From assembly GCA_039586365.1 (NCBI GenBank), contig JBDHKN010000006.1, forward strand, positions 96,001 to 160,000: DNA of 64,000 bases, written 5' to 3'. The position numbers were made by a program, and so were the translations under genes. This stretch comes from Gemmatimonadota bacterium. GTDB lineage: Bacteria > Gemmatimonadota > Gemmatimonadetes > Gemmatimonadales > GWC2-71-9. Within the stretch, counting starts at the first letter, position 1; each line of letters starts with the position of its first letter. This document shows, piece by piece, positions 18,127 to 30,305 of the stretch. Under the pieces are notes generated by a model, which ran no database searches, was not told where the DNA came from, and was given only the letters and a program-made list of their open reading frames with translations.

Positions 18127-20946
18127 GTGATACGCTGGATAGCTGCGCTGACCTTCATTGCCTCGGGCTGGCTGAATAACGCGGCTGCTGCACAGATAGA
18201 CCCGGGTGGCACCTGGCGCACTTGGCGCACAGAGCACTTCCGGGTGCACGCCAAGGCTGAGTACTCGCAACAGGCCCTGGTCGCCGCCGGTGAAGCCGAG
18301 CGGGCCTACGGCCTGCTGGCCACGGAACTAAGGCCTCCTCGCGGCACCGTGGATGTGGTGCTTGGTGACGATGTGGATTTCTCCAACGGGTATGCAACCG
18401 TGTTTCCCTCCAACCGGCTGGTTGTCTACCTGACTCCTCCGTCCAGTACTATCTCGACTGGGCCCTACGACGTCTGGCTGCGGCTGGTGCTGACGCATGA
18501 ACTCACCCACCTGTTTCATCTCGACCGAGCGGACGGTGTTTGGCAGGTGTTACAGACTCTGTTCGGCCGGGCTCCAGGCCTGTTCCCCAACACATATCAA
18601 CCTACCTGGGTAACGGAGGGGATCGCGACATACTACGAGTCACGCTTTTCCTCGGCAGGTCGAATGCGGGGGTCATTCCACGATCAACTTCTGCTTGGTG
18701 CTGCTCGTGACAGTACCTGGCCAAATCCAGGTGACGCGACCGGAGTCAACCGGGTGTGGCCGGCCGGGGCTCGACCCTATGCGTGGGGATCTCGGTTCTT
18801 CGAGTCTCAGCGGCGGGAATTCGGAGACTCGATCATCCCGCGATTCATCGACCGGACCTCCCGGCAAGTGATTGTGTTCAACGTGGATAGCCCGGATAGG
18901 GCTGCGGGCGCCGCTGGAGTAGAGGCTACCTGGACACGCCTGCACCAAACGGCCACTGTGACAAGTGCGTCCTCCGAGGTTCTTGAACGGGGGCTCCGGG
19001 TCGAACCGAGTCCACGCGTATCGCCTGATGGCCGCCAACTGGTGTACCAGCGCTCCGATGGCAAGAATGCCGCACGGCTCGTGATCCTTGATCTCGGCGA
19101 CAATACGGTCAAGGCGACGAAGCGTATCAACTCGTTGGCTGGCCTTGCTTGGAGTGACAGTGGCATCTACTTCACCCAGTTGGATTACGCCTCACCCGTA
19201 CAGATCCGCAGCGACCTCTATCTGTGGCGGCCAGCGGGCACCACCAGAAGGCTGTCTCGTGGTGCCCGGTACACCGACGTATTCACGCTGCCTGGTGGTG
19301 GGATCGGCATCGTGGGCTTGGAAAAGGGAACCAGGAGAGTATTCATCTCAGACCGCGAGGCGTCCGATGCAGTGGGTTGCGCCGTTCCCAGAGCCGATGA
19401 TTGGGGCCGCTTCGCCGTATCGCCCGACGGGCGTTGGGTTGCTGCACCGCGCCATCACAACGGAAAATGGGACATTGCTTTGTGGCCATGGGGCCGCCCG
19501 GATGAGTTTCGCCTGATCACCGAAGATGGTGCGCTTGATGCCGATCCGGTCTGGGCCGACGGAGGCGAGACACTGCTGTTTTCCTCCGAGCGACTCGGTC
19601 TGCCGCAGATCTTCGTCCATGATTTGACCTCGCGTGATACCCGTGTCCTGACGCATGAGCCGACGGGAGCACGCGAACCGGCGCTGGCGGTTGACGGGAC
19701 TCTGGTCTATTCGACGGTTTTGGGTGACGGATATGCACTGGTGATGCAACGAGGATGGACCCCGTCCCGGGTCCCCGCCCGCCAGGAGACTATGCCTCCG
19801 TTCGTCGCACCCTCACTTGGTCGCGCGAGTGAGACAGGCTATTCCCCTTGGGGTACCCTTGCACCGCGTTACTGGATTCCGATCGGGCATGATGAGTCAG
19901 CCGCGGGGCTCTTCATGGGAGCGTTGACCAGCGGCTACGATGCTATAGGTCGCACGACGTACGCCGCATTGGCTACGGTGGCGCCAGGCACGGGACGCTG
20001 GGAGGCTCTGCTCTCCCTAACTTACACACGATGGCGGTCGTGGACTCTCGATCTGACCGCTGCGCAGACGTGGGATGGCGGCTATGCCGTCTCTAGCGAG
20101 GACATCCTTGTTCCGGTTTCGTTCAAGGAACACTCAGCGGAGCTGGGCCTGCGGCATAGGTGGCGCCGCTGGCGCACAGCAGCCGAGGTGCGCGTTGCGA
20201 CGTTCTTAGAGCGAGATCTGCTCGTCAACGACGGAGCCGATCCGCTGCCTTTCAATCCGTCGAACCCGGCCTATGCAGGGGGCAAACTCTCCGCTAGTGT
20301 GTCTCACTACGATCGGCCAGCTCTTGCCATCTCCCCCGAAAACGGAGCCTCTGCCAGCGGCGTTTACATGAGGCGGAGGGAGCTGGCAGGGCCAGGGTGG
20401 TCGTATGAACTGAGAGGCGGACTCAATGGATACCTCGCACTGCCTCTGCCCGGATTCGCCCACTGGGTTGTAGCTGGCAGGGTGACAGCCGGGATGTCAG
20501 GTGGATCCAATCCCACCGTGTTTGCGGTTGGGGGCGAGTCGGGATCTTTGTTCGAGTTGGTACCCGGCACGACCGTTGGCAGCGGTCGGCGCACCTTTCC
20601 GTTGCGCGGCTACGACGAAGACGGCCGCTTCACCCGTGCCACGGTTGCCTTGCTGGAACTGCGTATCCCGCTGCTGTTGGCGGGCAAAGGAGTGGGGAAG
20701 CTCCCCCTCCTAGTGGACAATATCTCGGCGAATCTGTTCGGTGAGATTGGTGGCGGCTGGAACGAAGGTGAAGAGGCGCAACCGACTGCGCTGGCTGATG
20801 TGGGCGGTGAGTTGGTGGCTGATCTGGGTGTGGGCGCTGGGCTTGCACTGCGCGCGCGGGTCGGCTGGGCCGTGGCTCTGAAAGCGCGGCACGGATCCGA
20901 GAGAGGCCACTCCCGGTTGTATCTCGCCTTCGGATCTTCCTTCTAG
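18127..20946 (+). CDS. Outer-membrane protein: gluzincin-like peptidase + TolB-like propeller + Omp85-like beta-barrel
   Basis: Signal peptide, HELTH and WVTEGIATYYES, SPDG repeats, 'FPLRGY', C-terminal YLAFGSSF beta-signal. Confidence 0.8.
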   Translation: MIRWIAALTFIASGWLNNAAAAQIDPGGTWRTWRTEHFRVHAKAEYSQQALVAAGEAERAYGLLATELRPPRGTVDVVLGDDVDFSNGYATVFPSNRLVVYLTPPSSTISTGPYDVWLRLVLTHELTHLFHLDRADGVWQVLQTLFGRAPGLFPNTYQPTWVTEGIATYYESRFSSAGRMRGSFHDQLLLGAARDSTWPNPGDATGVNRVWPAGARPYAWGSRFFESQRREFGDSIIPRFIDRTSRQVIVFNVDSPDRAAGAAGVEATWTRLHQTATVTSASSEVLERGLRVEPSPRVSPDGRQLVYQRSDGKNAARLVILDLGDNTVKATKRINSLAGLAWSDSGIYFTQLDYASPVQIRSDLYLWRPAGTTRRLSRGARYTDVFTLPGGGIGIVGLEKGTRRVFISDREASDAVGCAVPRADDWGRFAVSPDGRWVAAPRHHNGKWDIALWPWGRPDEFRLITEDGALDADPVWADGGETLLFSSERLGLPQIFVHDLTSRDTRVLTHEPTGAREPALAVDGTLVYSTVLGDGYALVMQRGWTPSRVPARQETMPPFVAPSLGRASETGYSPWGTLAPRYWIPIGHDESAAGLFMGALTSGYDAIGRTTYAALATVAPGTGRWEALLSLTYTRWRSWTLDLTAAQTWDGGYAVSSEDILVPVSFKEHSAELGLRHRWRRWRTAAEVRVATFLERDLLVNDGADPLPFNPSNPAYAGGKLSASVSHYDRPALAISPENGASASGVYMRRRELAGPGWSYELRGGLNGYLALPLPGFAHWVVAGRVTAGMSGGSNPTVFAVGGESGSLFELVPGTTVGSGRRTFPLRGYDEDGRFTRATVALLELRIPLLLAGKGVGKLPLLVDNISANLFGEIGGGWNEGEEAQPTALADVGGELVADLGVGAGLALRARVGWAVALKARHGSERGHSRLYLAFGSSF

Positions 20947-20987
20947 CGAATGGAACCTGCGACAAACGGCAGCGGTTCCTTCCTGGC

Positions 20988-21016
20988 TTGCTACGCACTA
21001 GCGGATTCCCTATGTT
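20988..21016 (+). promoter_or_regulatory. sigma-70-like promoter of the second kinase
   Basis: TTGCTA-N17-TATGTT. Confidence 0.45.
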
Positions 21017-21040
21017 GAAATTTCTAGAAACGATATAGGT

Positions 21041-23047
<2,007 letters not shown>

Positions 23048-23058
23048 TAGTCCTGCGA

Positions 23059-23574
23059 GTGATTGACCCCACCGCGTTTGTCGCCCCCGGAGCCAAGGTT
23101 CTCGGAGACGTGAGCCTGGGCAAGGAGGCCAGCGTTTGGTATAACTCGGTGGTGCGTGGGGATATGGCGCCCATCCGGATTGGAGATCAGACCAACATCC
23201 AAGACCTGTCGCTGTTGCACGTGGACGAGGGCCTCCCTTGTGTTGTGGGGCGGCGGGTGGGTGTCGGACACCGGGTGATACTTCATGGATGCACAGTAGA
23301 AGACGAATGTCTGGTTGGGATGGGCGCGGTTCTCTTGAATGGGGTCCGCGTGGGCACTGGCTCGATAGTGGGTGCGGCTGCCTTGCTGACAGAGGGCATG
23401 GAGGTGCCGCCCGGGTCGGTAGTTCTTGGAGTGCCCGCTCGGGTCGTGCGCCCGGTCGATGACGATCTAAGAGAGAGGATTCGAATCACCTGGCAACACT
23501 ATGTTGTGCAGGCGCGCGCGCATCGGTTGGGTCGAGTTGTCAGACACGGCAATTCAACTGCAACAGATTTGTGA
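23059..23574 (+). CDS. Gamma carbonic anhydrase family (hexapeptide repeat) protein
   Basis: IDPTAFVAP, VVRGD, TNIQD, LH, VGHRVILHGC. Confidence 0.93.
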   Translation: MIDPTAFVAPGAKVLGDVSLGKEASVWYNSVVRGDMAPIRIGDQTNIQDLSLLHVDEGLPCVVGRRVGVGHRVILHGCTVEDECLVGMGAVLLNGVRVGTGSIVGAAALLTEGMEVPPGSVVLGVPARVVRPVDDDLRERIRITWQHYVVQARAHRLGRVVRHGNSTATDL

Positions 23575-23755
23575 TGTGGATTAGGGAATCCTCGCGGCAC
23601 TAGTCCCGTTCCAATCCTACTTGCGCGGCAAGCTTAACCAGCTAGTTTGGTTCTCCGCGGCGCGAACGTGGGCCACTGAGTTTGTCCGTCTGAATTTCGC
23701 CTAAATTTCGATTGTCACAGCGACTCCTCACCACCTGCAGGGGGCAGCAGCATCA

Positions 23756-26251
23756 ATGGGCATTTCCGCCGAATCCGACAACGTGGCAGGTCTGAGGCTT
23801 TCTGAGAACGCAATCACCGTACTGCAGCGCCGCTATCTGATAAAAGATGAGGCGGGGAATCCGGTCGAGAGCCCCAGAGACCTTTTTTGGCGTGTGGCCC
23901 GAACAATAGCTGCTGCGGACGCCAAGTACGGAGCCAGCGAGGGCGCCGTAGAGGCGCTGGCGGAGACGTTTTTCGAGCTAATGGCCACTCGTGTCTGGAT
24001 GCCAAACAGCCCGACGCTGATGAACGCTGGACGTCCGCTGGGTCAGCTGTCGGCCTGCTTCGTATTGCCTGTTGAGGATGCCCTGTCCGATGGCGAGAGC
24101 GGGATCTACGACACGCTCCGTAACATGGCACTCGTACACCAGTCAGGTGGAGGAACGGGGTTCGGATTTTCCAACCTGCGGCCCAACCGCGACGTGGTGC
24201 GTTCTACCATGGGTGTGGCGTCAGGACCAGTGTCGTTCATGTCATTGTACGACGCGTCGACGGAAGTGGTGAAGCAGGGCGGGACCCGCCGTGGAGCGAA
24301 TATGGGCATTCTCCGGGTGGATCACCCGGACATCCTGGACTTCATCACCTGTAAGGACGACACCACCAAGATCACCAACTTCAACATCTCAGTTGCAGTC
24401 ACAGACGAGTTCATGGAGGCCGTTCGCGAGGGCGGGATCTACGATTTGATACATCCTCGAAGTCGTAAGGTGGTGGGCCAGTTGAATGCTCGCGATGTCT
24501 TCGACAAGATTGTCCACGGAGCCTGGAAGACGGGTGAGCCGGGTGTCTTTTTCATCGATGAGGCGAACCGATACAACCCTGTGCCACACCTGGGAAGCTA
24601 CGAAGCGACCAACCCGTGCGGTGAGCAACCCCTGCTGGCGTACGACGTGTGCAACTTGGGCTCCATCAACGTGGGTCAGTTCGTCCAGAACGGTGAGGTT
24701 GACTGGGAGGGTTTGAGGCGTGCCGTGCATCTCTGTACCCATTTCTTGGACAACGTAATCGACGCCAACAAATACCCGCTGCCACAGATCACCAACTTGG
24801 CAAATCGGATTCGCCGGGTAGGGTTGGGCATCATGGGTTGGGCCGATTTCCTGGTGCGGCTCGGTGTCCCCTACAACTCGGACGAGGCCATCGATTGGGC
24901 TCGCAAGCTCATGAGCTTCGTGGATGAAGAGGCCAAGGTTGAGAGTGAGCGACTGGCCTCACAACGGGGCGTTTTCCCTGAATGGAAGCAGAGTACCTGG
25001 GGCCCAGATGAGAGCTGCGCCCGTGACGCTAGCGGGAGTCGCATCCGGCCGATGCGCCGATTGCGTAACTGTAATCTCACGACCGTAGCTCCAACCGGTA
25101 CGATATCGATAATTGCGGGCTGTTCTTCGGGGATTGAACCGCTGTTCGCGGTAGCGTTCATGCGCAATCAAGCGGGCACGCTCATGCCCGATGTCAACGA
25201 CGACTTCGTGGCCATTGCTAAGTCCGAGGGTTGGCACTCGGAAGAGTTGATTCAGAAGATCGCCGAAGAGGGTCACATCCATTTCGACGAGGTGCCTGAA
25301 GTCTGGCGACGGGTATTCGTAACCGCGCACGATGTCACACCTGAGTGCCACATACGAACCCAGGCAGCGTTCCAGGAGTTCACTGACAGCGCTATCAGCA
25401 AGACGTGCAATTTCCCCAATGACGCCACGGAGGAGTACGTCCGCCAGATCTATGAATTGGCGCACGATCTCAAGTGCAAGGGTGTCACCGTCTACCGCGA
25501 CGGGAGTCGCCAGATGCAGGTCCTGTCAGCAGGGACAACTGCCAAGAAAGTGAAGCAACAGAAAGGGGATTCACCCCGAGGGCACCGGCCAGCAGATGAA
25601 GTTCCCGAACTGAAAGCAACAATTGCGGAGCTCGAGTCAGAACTGGCCCGGACCAAGAAGCAGCTGCACGAAGTGGAAGCTGAGAACCTACAGCGCCGGG
25701 CCAAGCGGTCGCGTCCCGAACTGCTGAAGGGATCTACTCGCAGAGTCGACACACCGCTCGGAACGCTCTACGTCACCATTACAGAAGACGAAAAGGGCCA
25801 GCCCTTCGAGATGTTCATGTCGCTCGGCAAGGCAGGTGGCGCCCTCATGGCTGACGTTGAGGCCGTAGGTCGGCTCATTTCGTTGGCACTCCGTTCTGGT
25901 ATCCCAATCAGCGAGATTCACCGACAGTTGCGCGGCATCTCTTCTGATCGCGTCACAGGTCTCGGTCCCAACAAGGTTCTGTCCGTGCCCGACGCCATAG
26001 GCATAGCGATGGAAAAGTGGATGCAAGACAAACAGGGGATTCAGCAGGATCTGCTGGACTCTGTCCAAGACAACGACACAGTCGCGCCGGTCAGGCGGCA
26101 GACCGTGGCAGGGACCCAGGGTGAGATGTTCCAGTACGAGTCTCACAGGGCGATGCAGTTCGCCGGTGCCTGTCCCGATTGTGGTTCGCAGCTCGAGTTC
26201 GCAGAAGGGTGCGTGAAATGTCATGTGTGTGGTTACAGCGAGTGCGGCTAG
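23756..26251 (+). CDS. nrdJ: Class II (B12-dependent) ribonucleotide reductase with TSCPD and C-terminal Cys cluster
   Basis: PNSPTLMN, SACFV, TNPCGEQPL, CNLGSIN, APTGTIS, KGVTVYRDG, SVPD, CPDC...CHVCGYSEC. Confidence 0.96.
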   Translation: MGISAESDNVAGLRLSENAITVLQRRYLIKDEAGNPVESPRDLFWRVARTIAAADAKYGASEGAVEALAETFFELMATRVWMPNSPTLMNAGRPLGQLSACFVLPVEDALSDGESGIYDTLRNMALVHQSGGGTGFGFSNLRPNRDVVRSTMGVASGPVSFMSLYDASTEVVKQGGTRRGANMGILRVDHPDILDFITCKDDTTKITNFNISVAVTDEFMEAVREGGIYDLIHPRSRKVVGQLNARDVFDKIVHGAWKTGEPGVFFIDEANRYNPVPHLGSYEATNPCGEQPLLAYDVCNLGSINVGQFVQNGEVDWEGLRRAVHLCTHFLDNVIDANKYPLPQITNLANRIRRVGLGIMGWADFLVRLGVPYNSDEAIDWARKLMSFVDEEAKVESERLASQRGVFPEWKQSTWGPDESCARDASGSRIRPMRRLRNCNLTTVAPTGTISIIAGCSSGIEPLFAVAFMRNQAGTLMPDVNDDFVAIAKSEGWHSEELIQKIAEEGHIHFDEVPEVWRRVFVTAHDVTPECHIRTQAAFQEFTDSAISKTCNFPNDATEEYVRQIYELAHDLKCKGVTVYRDGSRQMQVLSAGTTAKKVKQQKGDSPRGHRPADEVPELKATIAELESELARTKKQLHEVEAENLQRRAKRSRPELLKGSTRRVDTPLGTLYVTITEDEKGQPFEMFMSLGKAGGALMADVEAVGRLISLALRSGIPISEIHRQLRGISSDRVTGLGPNKVLSVPDAIGIAMEKWMQDKQGIQQDLLDSVQDNDTVAPVRRQTVAGTQGEMFQYESHRAMQFAGACPDCGSQLEFAEGCVKCHVCGYSECG

Positions 26252-26287
26252 CTTGAACTGATCAGATCTGCCGTTGCTGGAAGAACT

Positions 26288-26317
26288 CAGGGGCGTCCTC
26301 TACGGCGGACGCCCCTG
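26288..26317. terminator. GC-rich hairpin between convergent nrdJ and fba
   Basis: CAGGGGCGTCC-N8-GGACGCCCCTG, perfect 11-bp stem; weak U tract. Confidence 0.6.
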
Positions 26318-26426
26318 CTTGGTATGGACTACAGTTCGCCGAACGTGGCCTGCACAGGACCTCAACTCTTGGCGTTTCGTTTCCTACCTTCTCGTACCGC
26401 CTCCTGCCGGCCGGGGGAGACGGGTT

Positions 26427-27446
26427 TCAGGCCGCCGTTTCCAACTGCTCTGAGTACTTACCGTAACGAGCAGCACCAACGCACTTGGCACGGTGCAGAT
26501 ACGCTGCCTGTCCTGCCGTAACGTTCGCCTCGTTTCCACCCCATGCCTCGATGGCCTCTTGCTGGAGAGCCCGGCCGTATGAGAAGCTCAACTGCCAAGG
26601 ATGATCACCCATGGCATTCATGGCATTCAGATGCTGGGTAGACAGCTTCGGGCTCTGGCCTCCGGAGAGGAAGACGATACCCGGTACCGACGCTGGTACC
26701 GTCCGGCGTAGACAGCGCACCGTCGCGGCGGCAACCTCATCAACACCCGCCTGTTCCGAACAGCCCTTTCCGGAAATCACCATGTTGGGCTTCAGTATCA
26801 TTCCCTCCAACGCCACACGATGCGCCTGAAGGTGGAAGAAGACGTGGTTCAGTGTAGTCTCAGTCACCCGCTCACAACGCTCAATGCTATGCTCTCCATC
26901 CATGAGCACCTCTGGTTCCACTATCGGTACCAATCCTGCCTCTTGGGAGAGAGCAGCGTAGCGCGCCAGAGCATGTGCGTTGGCATCGATACAGAATGCC
27001 GTCGGAATGGTGTGGCCAATGGTGATCACCGCCCGCCACTTCGTGAATCGCGCACCCAACCCATAGTACTCTTTCAAGCGGTCACGGAGACCGTCCAGAC
27101 CTTCCGTTATCTTCTCATCCGGAAAGCCGGCAAGGGGTTTGGCACCACAATCGACCTTGATACCGGGAATCGTGCCCACTCCGGCCAGCAGTTCTGGGAA
27201 CGGTGTCCCGTCCGTGGCTCTATGCCTGAGGGTCTCGTCGAACATTATCACGCCGCTTATATAATCATCGACGCTTGGAGTGGTGAACAGCAGTTCGCGG
27301 TAGGCGCGACGGTTCTCTTCCGTCGACTCCAGATTGATGCCAGCAAAGCGCTTCTTGATAGTGGGGAAGCTCTCGTCGGCGGCAAGGATGCCCTTGCCCT
27401 CCGCCACCATCGCCTGGGCTACAGATTCGAGTTCTCTATTCGCCAT
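26427..27446 (-). CDS. fba: Fructose-bisphosphate aldolase class I
   Basis: GKGILAADES, KWRAV, VPIVEPEV, LKPNMV, FLSGGQ, SFSYGRALQ. Confidence 0.96.
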   Translation of the reverse strand: MANRELESVAQAMVAEGKGILAADESFPTIKKRFAGINLESTEENRRAYRELLFTTPSVDDYISGVIMFDETLRHRATDGTPFPELLAGVGTIPGIKVDCGAKPLAGFPDEKITEGLDGLRDRLKEYYGLGARFTKWRAVITIGHTIPTAFCIDANAHALARYAALSQEAGLVPIVEPEVLMDGEHSIERCERVTETTLNHVFFHLQAHRVALEGMILKPNMVISGKGCSEQAGVDEVAAATVRCLRRTVPASVPGIVFLSGGQSPKLSTQHLNAMNAMGDHPWQLSFSYGRALQQEAIEAWGGNEANVTAGQAAYLHRAKCVGAARYGKYSEQLETAA

Positions 27447-27705
27447 AAGCACTACACCTCTTCTGAGCCAGTATTCACACTTATAAACTGACCCGTCACT
27501 ATGAAGGTTACGAGATCAAGCGCTGCGGGTATCGGTCTCAGCACCCGATGGGGAAATCCGGTGCGTCGCGAACCCGTGATTGCGACATGGAGCGAAGATA
27601 TCCGATTGTGGTAGAATCTGCTACCGAACAAAGTTATGAATATCGCGCCACACCGCAGACGTTCTTATATTGCCAGTGAAGAAACAGGATCGGAGGTCTG
27701 AGCCG

Positions 27706-28068
27706 ATGTCTCCCAGCCGATGGGCGCGCGTATCGCGTGGTGAAGCACACGGGTTGAGACGAGGCGCATGGTACCCGGTGGTCAGCGAATCCAACTCGGT
27801 GCTCGTTATCCTGGACGTCAACAAGTCCAACAGGCCTGTAAATCGGACCAACTTGGAGTTCAGTGACGAGAAGCCGGCCCAGTGGAGTGTCGTGCGACGG
27901 GCCCCGGATCGAGAGGCTGCCCGGCGAGCAGCCGAAGCATCCCTGGGTCCGGTGTACGGTGTTTGTCCCAATTGCCGTGCCCGAACTGTCTTGAACGGCC
28001 GAGAGGAGCGCTTCACGTGCCCAGAGTGCCAATCGGAGTTTCCCGTCGACTGGGATAGTCCCTGCTGA
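27706..28068 (+). CDS. Hypothetical protein with C-terminal zinc ribbon
   Basis: GGAGG RBS before the ATG; CPNC...CPEC. Confidence 0.75.
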   Translation: MSPSRWARVSRGEAHGLRRGAWYPVVSESNSVLVILDVNKSNRPVNRTNLEFSDEKPAQWSVVRRAPDREAARRAAEASLGPVYGVCPNCRARTVLNGREERFTCPECQSEFPVDWDSPC

Positions 28069-28212
28069 CCCCACTCGGTTATCGCCACCTCCAGATATGA
28101 GAAGGGGCGAACAGTCGGTACGGCGGTACGCCACCGGACAACCGTCGTCCCTCCCACCCGCAGTTCTGCCATGCGACACTGCCTGTAGCAGCAAGGACTA
28201 TATTTCGCTTCT

Positions 28213-29442
28213 ATGCCTGCAATAATCCGGCGCGGGACAGTGACAACGTTGGTAGGTGACGTGCCAGTCGGTTCCTCACATCCAATAGTTGTGCAGTCCA
28301 TGACAAACACTGATACGGCGGATGCTGCCGCGACTGCGGCACAGGCGGCCGAGTTGGCTCGAGCCGGTAGCGAGTTGGTTCGCGTGACAGTGAATAGCGA
28401 CGCGGCCGCCAAGTGTGTCTCGGAAGTAGTGGACCGACTCGCCGACCAGGGAGTCTCAGTGCCGATCGTCGGTGACTTCCACTATAACGGGCATCTACTG
28501 TTGAAGAAGCACGGTGAATGTGCTCGGGTGTTGGCGAAGTACCGGGTAAACCCAGGCAACGTGGGGGGCAAGCGAAGAGACGAGAATTTCAGCACAATCA
28601 TCAAGGTCGCCATCGACAACGACAAGCCAATACGGATCGGCGTCAACTGGGGTTCGCTCGATAAGATTCTGCTTACGGAACTCATGGACGCGAACGCCAG
28701 GCGAGCGGAGCCCCTCGATGCCCGCGAGGTCATGTTGGGTGCCATGCTTGAGAGCGCCAAACGCTCGGCTGAATTGGCTGAGGAGATTGGGCTGCGGCAC
28801 GACAGGATTGTGCTCTCAGCGAAGATGTCTCAAGTGCAAGACCTGGTCGATGTATACCATCTGCTCGCGCCGGCCTCCGACTATCCGCTTCATCTAGGTC
28901 TCACCGAGGCTGGCATGGGATCCAAGGGGATCGTCGGTAGCGCTACCGGGCTGGCGATTCTGCTCCAGCAGGGTATCGGTGACACGATAAGGGTGTCCCT
29001 GACGCCGCCACCTGGAGGAGACCGAACCGAGGAGGTTCTGATAGCTCAGCAGGTGCTGCAGTCACTAGGGCTGCGAAGTTTCACACCTGAGGTGACTGCA
29101 TGTCCTGGATGTGGACGCACGACCAGCACCTTTTTCCAGGACATGGCCGACCAGATACAGACGTATCTCCGGAAGCAGATGCCAATCTGGAGGGGACTAT
29201 ATCCTGGTGTGGCTCGGATGCGAGTGGCGGTAATGGGTTGTGTTGTTAACGGACCTGGTGAGTCAAAGCACGCTAACATCGGGATATCCCTACCGGGCAG
29301 TTTCGAGGAACCGAAGGCACCCGTTTACGTGGACGGCGAACTGCGCACGACCCTGAAGGGCGAACGCATTGTGGAAGAATTCATCGGAATGCTGAACGAA
29401 TATGTCGACCGGACCTACGGGTCCGGAGAGCCAGAATCCTGA
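28213..29442 (+). CDS. ispG: HMBPP synthase (GcpE)
   Basis: [44 protein letters not shown]. Confidence 0.97.
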   Translation: MPAIIRRGTVTTLVGDVPVGSSHPIVVQSMTNTDTADAAATAAQAAELARAGSELVRVTVNSDAAAKCVSEVVDRLADQGVSVPIVGDFHYNGHLLLKKHGECARVLAKYRVNPGNVGGKRRDENFSTIIKVAIDNDKPIRIGVNWGSLDKILLTELMDANARRAEPLDAREVMLGAMLESAKRSAELAEEIGLRHDRIVLSAKMSQVQDLVDVYHLLAPASDYPLHLGLTEAGMGSKGIVGSATGLAILLQQGIGDTIRVSLTPPPGGDRTEEVLIAQQVLQSLGLRSFTPEVTACPGCGRTTSTFFQDMADQIQTYLRKQMPIWRGLYPGVARMRVAVMGCVVNGPGESKHANIGISLPGSFEEPKAPVYVDGELRTTLKGERIVEEFIGMLNEYVDRTYGSGEPES

Positions 29443-29452
29443 CCGCACGTGG

Positions 29453-29495
29453 TTTTCAACCTTTGTTGATACAGTTGTGGACAACGTGTGGATTA
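29453..29495. promoter_or_regulatory. Array of DnaA-box-like 9-mers
   Basis: TTTTCAACC (29453), TGTTGATAC (29464), TGTGGACAA (29476), TGTGGATTA (29487), spaced 11-12 bp; the last two are 8/9 matches to TGTGGATAA. Confidence 0.55.
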
Positions 29496-29531
29496 CACGA
29501 GATGATCGCACAGAGTAGGGATTGAGGTATC

Positions 29532-30296
29532 GTGTCGGACGAGCTTGATCTGGTGGTCGAAGCGCTGTCAGGTGCCAGTCGTCTTGTCATTCTCACGGGA
29601 GCCGGTATGTCCAGAGACTCCGGGATGCCCACGTTTCGAGAAGCGCAGACGGGGTTGTGGGCGAAGTACGACCCGCAGCAGCTGGCGACTCCCTCAGCCT
29701 TTGCGACGAACCCTGCCCGGGTCTTTGGCTGGTATGTGTGGCGCTACCAAAAGGCTCTGAGCCTTGTGCCACATGCCGGATACGGTGCCCTAGTGCGACT
29801 GGAGAGCGCGTTCGATGAGGTGCTGGTGGTTACTCAGAACGTCGACGGGTTCCACACCAGGGCTGGCAGCAGCGACGTCGTGGAATTGCACGGTTCGCTG
29901 CGCGCATTTCGCTGCTTCAAACAGGGGCATCCGTATGACGACGAACTGGTCGGTCGGCTGTCGGTCCCTGCGTCGGGCGAAGTGAGCCCTCCGATCTGTC
30001 CCCACTGCGGCAGCTCGATCCGTCCCGGTGTAGTCTGGTTTGGTGAGTCTCTTCCTGACGCCGCTGTGAGACGTGCCTGGGCAGCCGCGGAGGTTTGTGA
30101 CGCCATGTTGGTCGTGGGGACCTCCGGTTTGGTTTACCCTGCTGCCGGACTTCCCGATTCGGCACTGCTGAAGCGAAGCCCGGTTGTCGAGGTGAATCCA
30201 GATCCGACACCACTATCCGACAGGGCTGATGTGTGGTGGCAGGCACGGGCAGCGGTTGCGTTACCGCAACTCGCCGACCGGCTAGCTCCTCTGTAG
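29532..30296 (+). CDS. cobB: NAD-dependent protein deacylase (sirtuin)
   Basis: TGAGMS, PTFR, WYxxR, TQNVDG, HGS, RPGVVWFGE, VGTS. Confidence 0.95.
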   Translation: MSDELDLVVEALSGASRLVILTGAGMSRDSGMPTFREAQTGLWAKYDPQQLATPSAFATNPARVFGWYVWRYQKALSLVPHAGYGALVRLESAFDEVLVVTQNVDGFHTRAGSSDVVELHGSLRAFRCFKQGHPYDDELVGRLSVPASGEVSPPICPHCGSSIRPGVVWFGESLPDAAVRRAWAAAEVCDAMLVVGTSGLVYPAAGLPDSALLKRSPVVEVNPDPTPLSDRADVWWQARAAVALPQLADRLAPL

Positions 30297-30305
30297 CACC
30301 GCTCA

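Noticed and set aside
23578..23690. Cobalamin riboswitch before nrdJ
   Set aside because: Only AGGGAA and GCCACTG fragments; the core CGGTG..AATCCG and GGGAAG elements are absent.
27545..27590. GGGAAATCCGGTG resembling a B12 riboswitch
   Set aside because: The downstream conserved elements and pairings are missing.
29443..29531. oriC
   Set aside because: Too short, with no AT-rich unwinding element and no dnaA/dnaN context; kept only as a box array.
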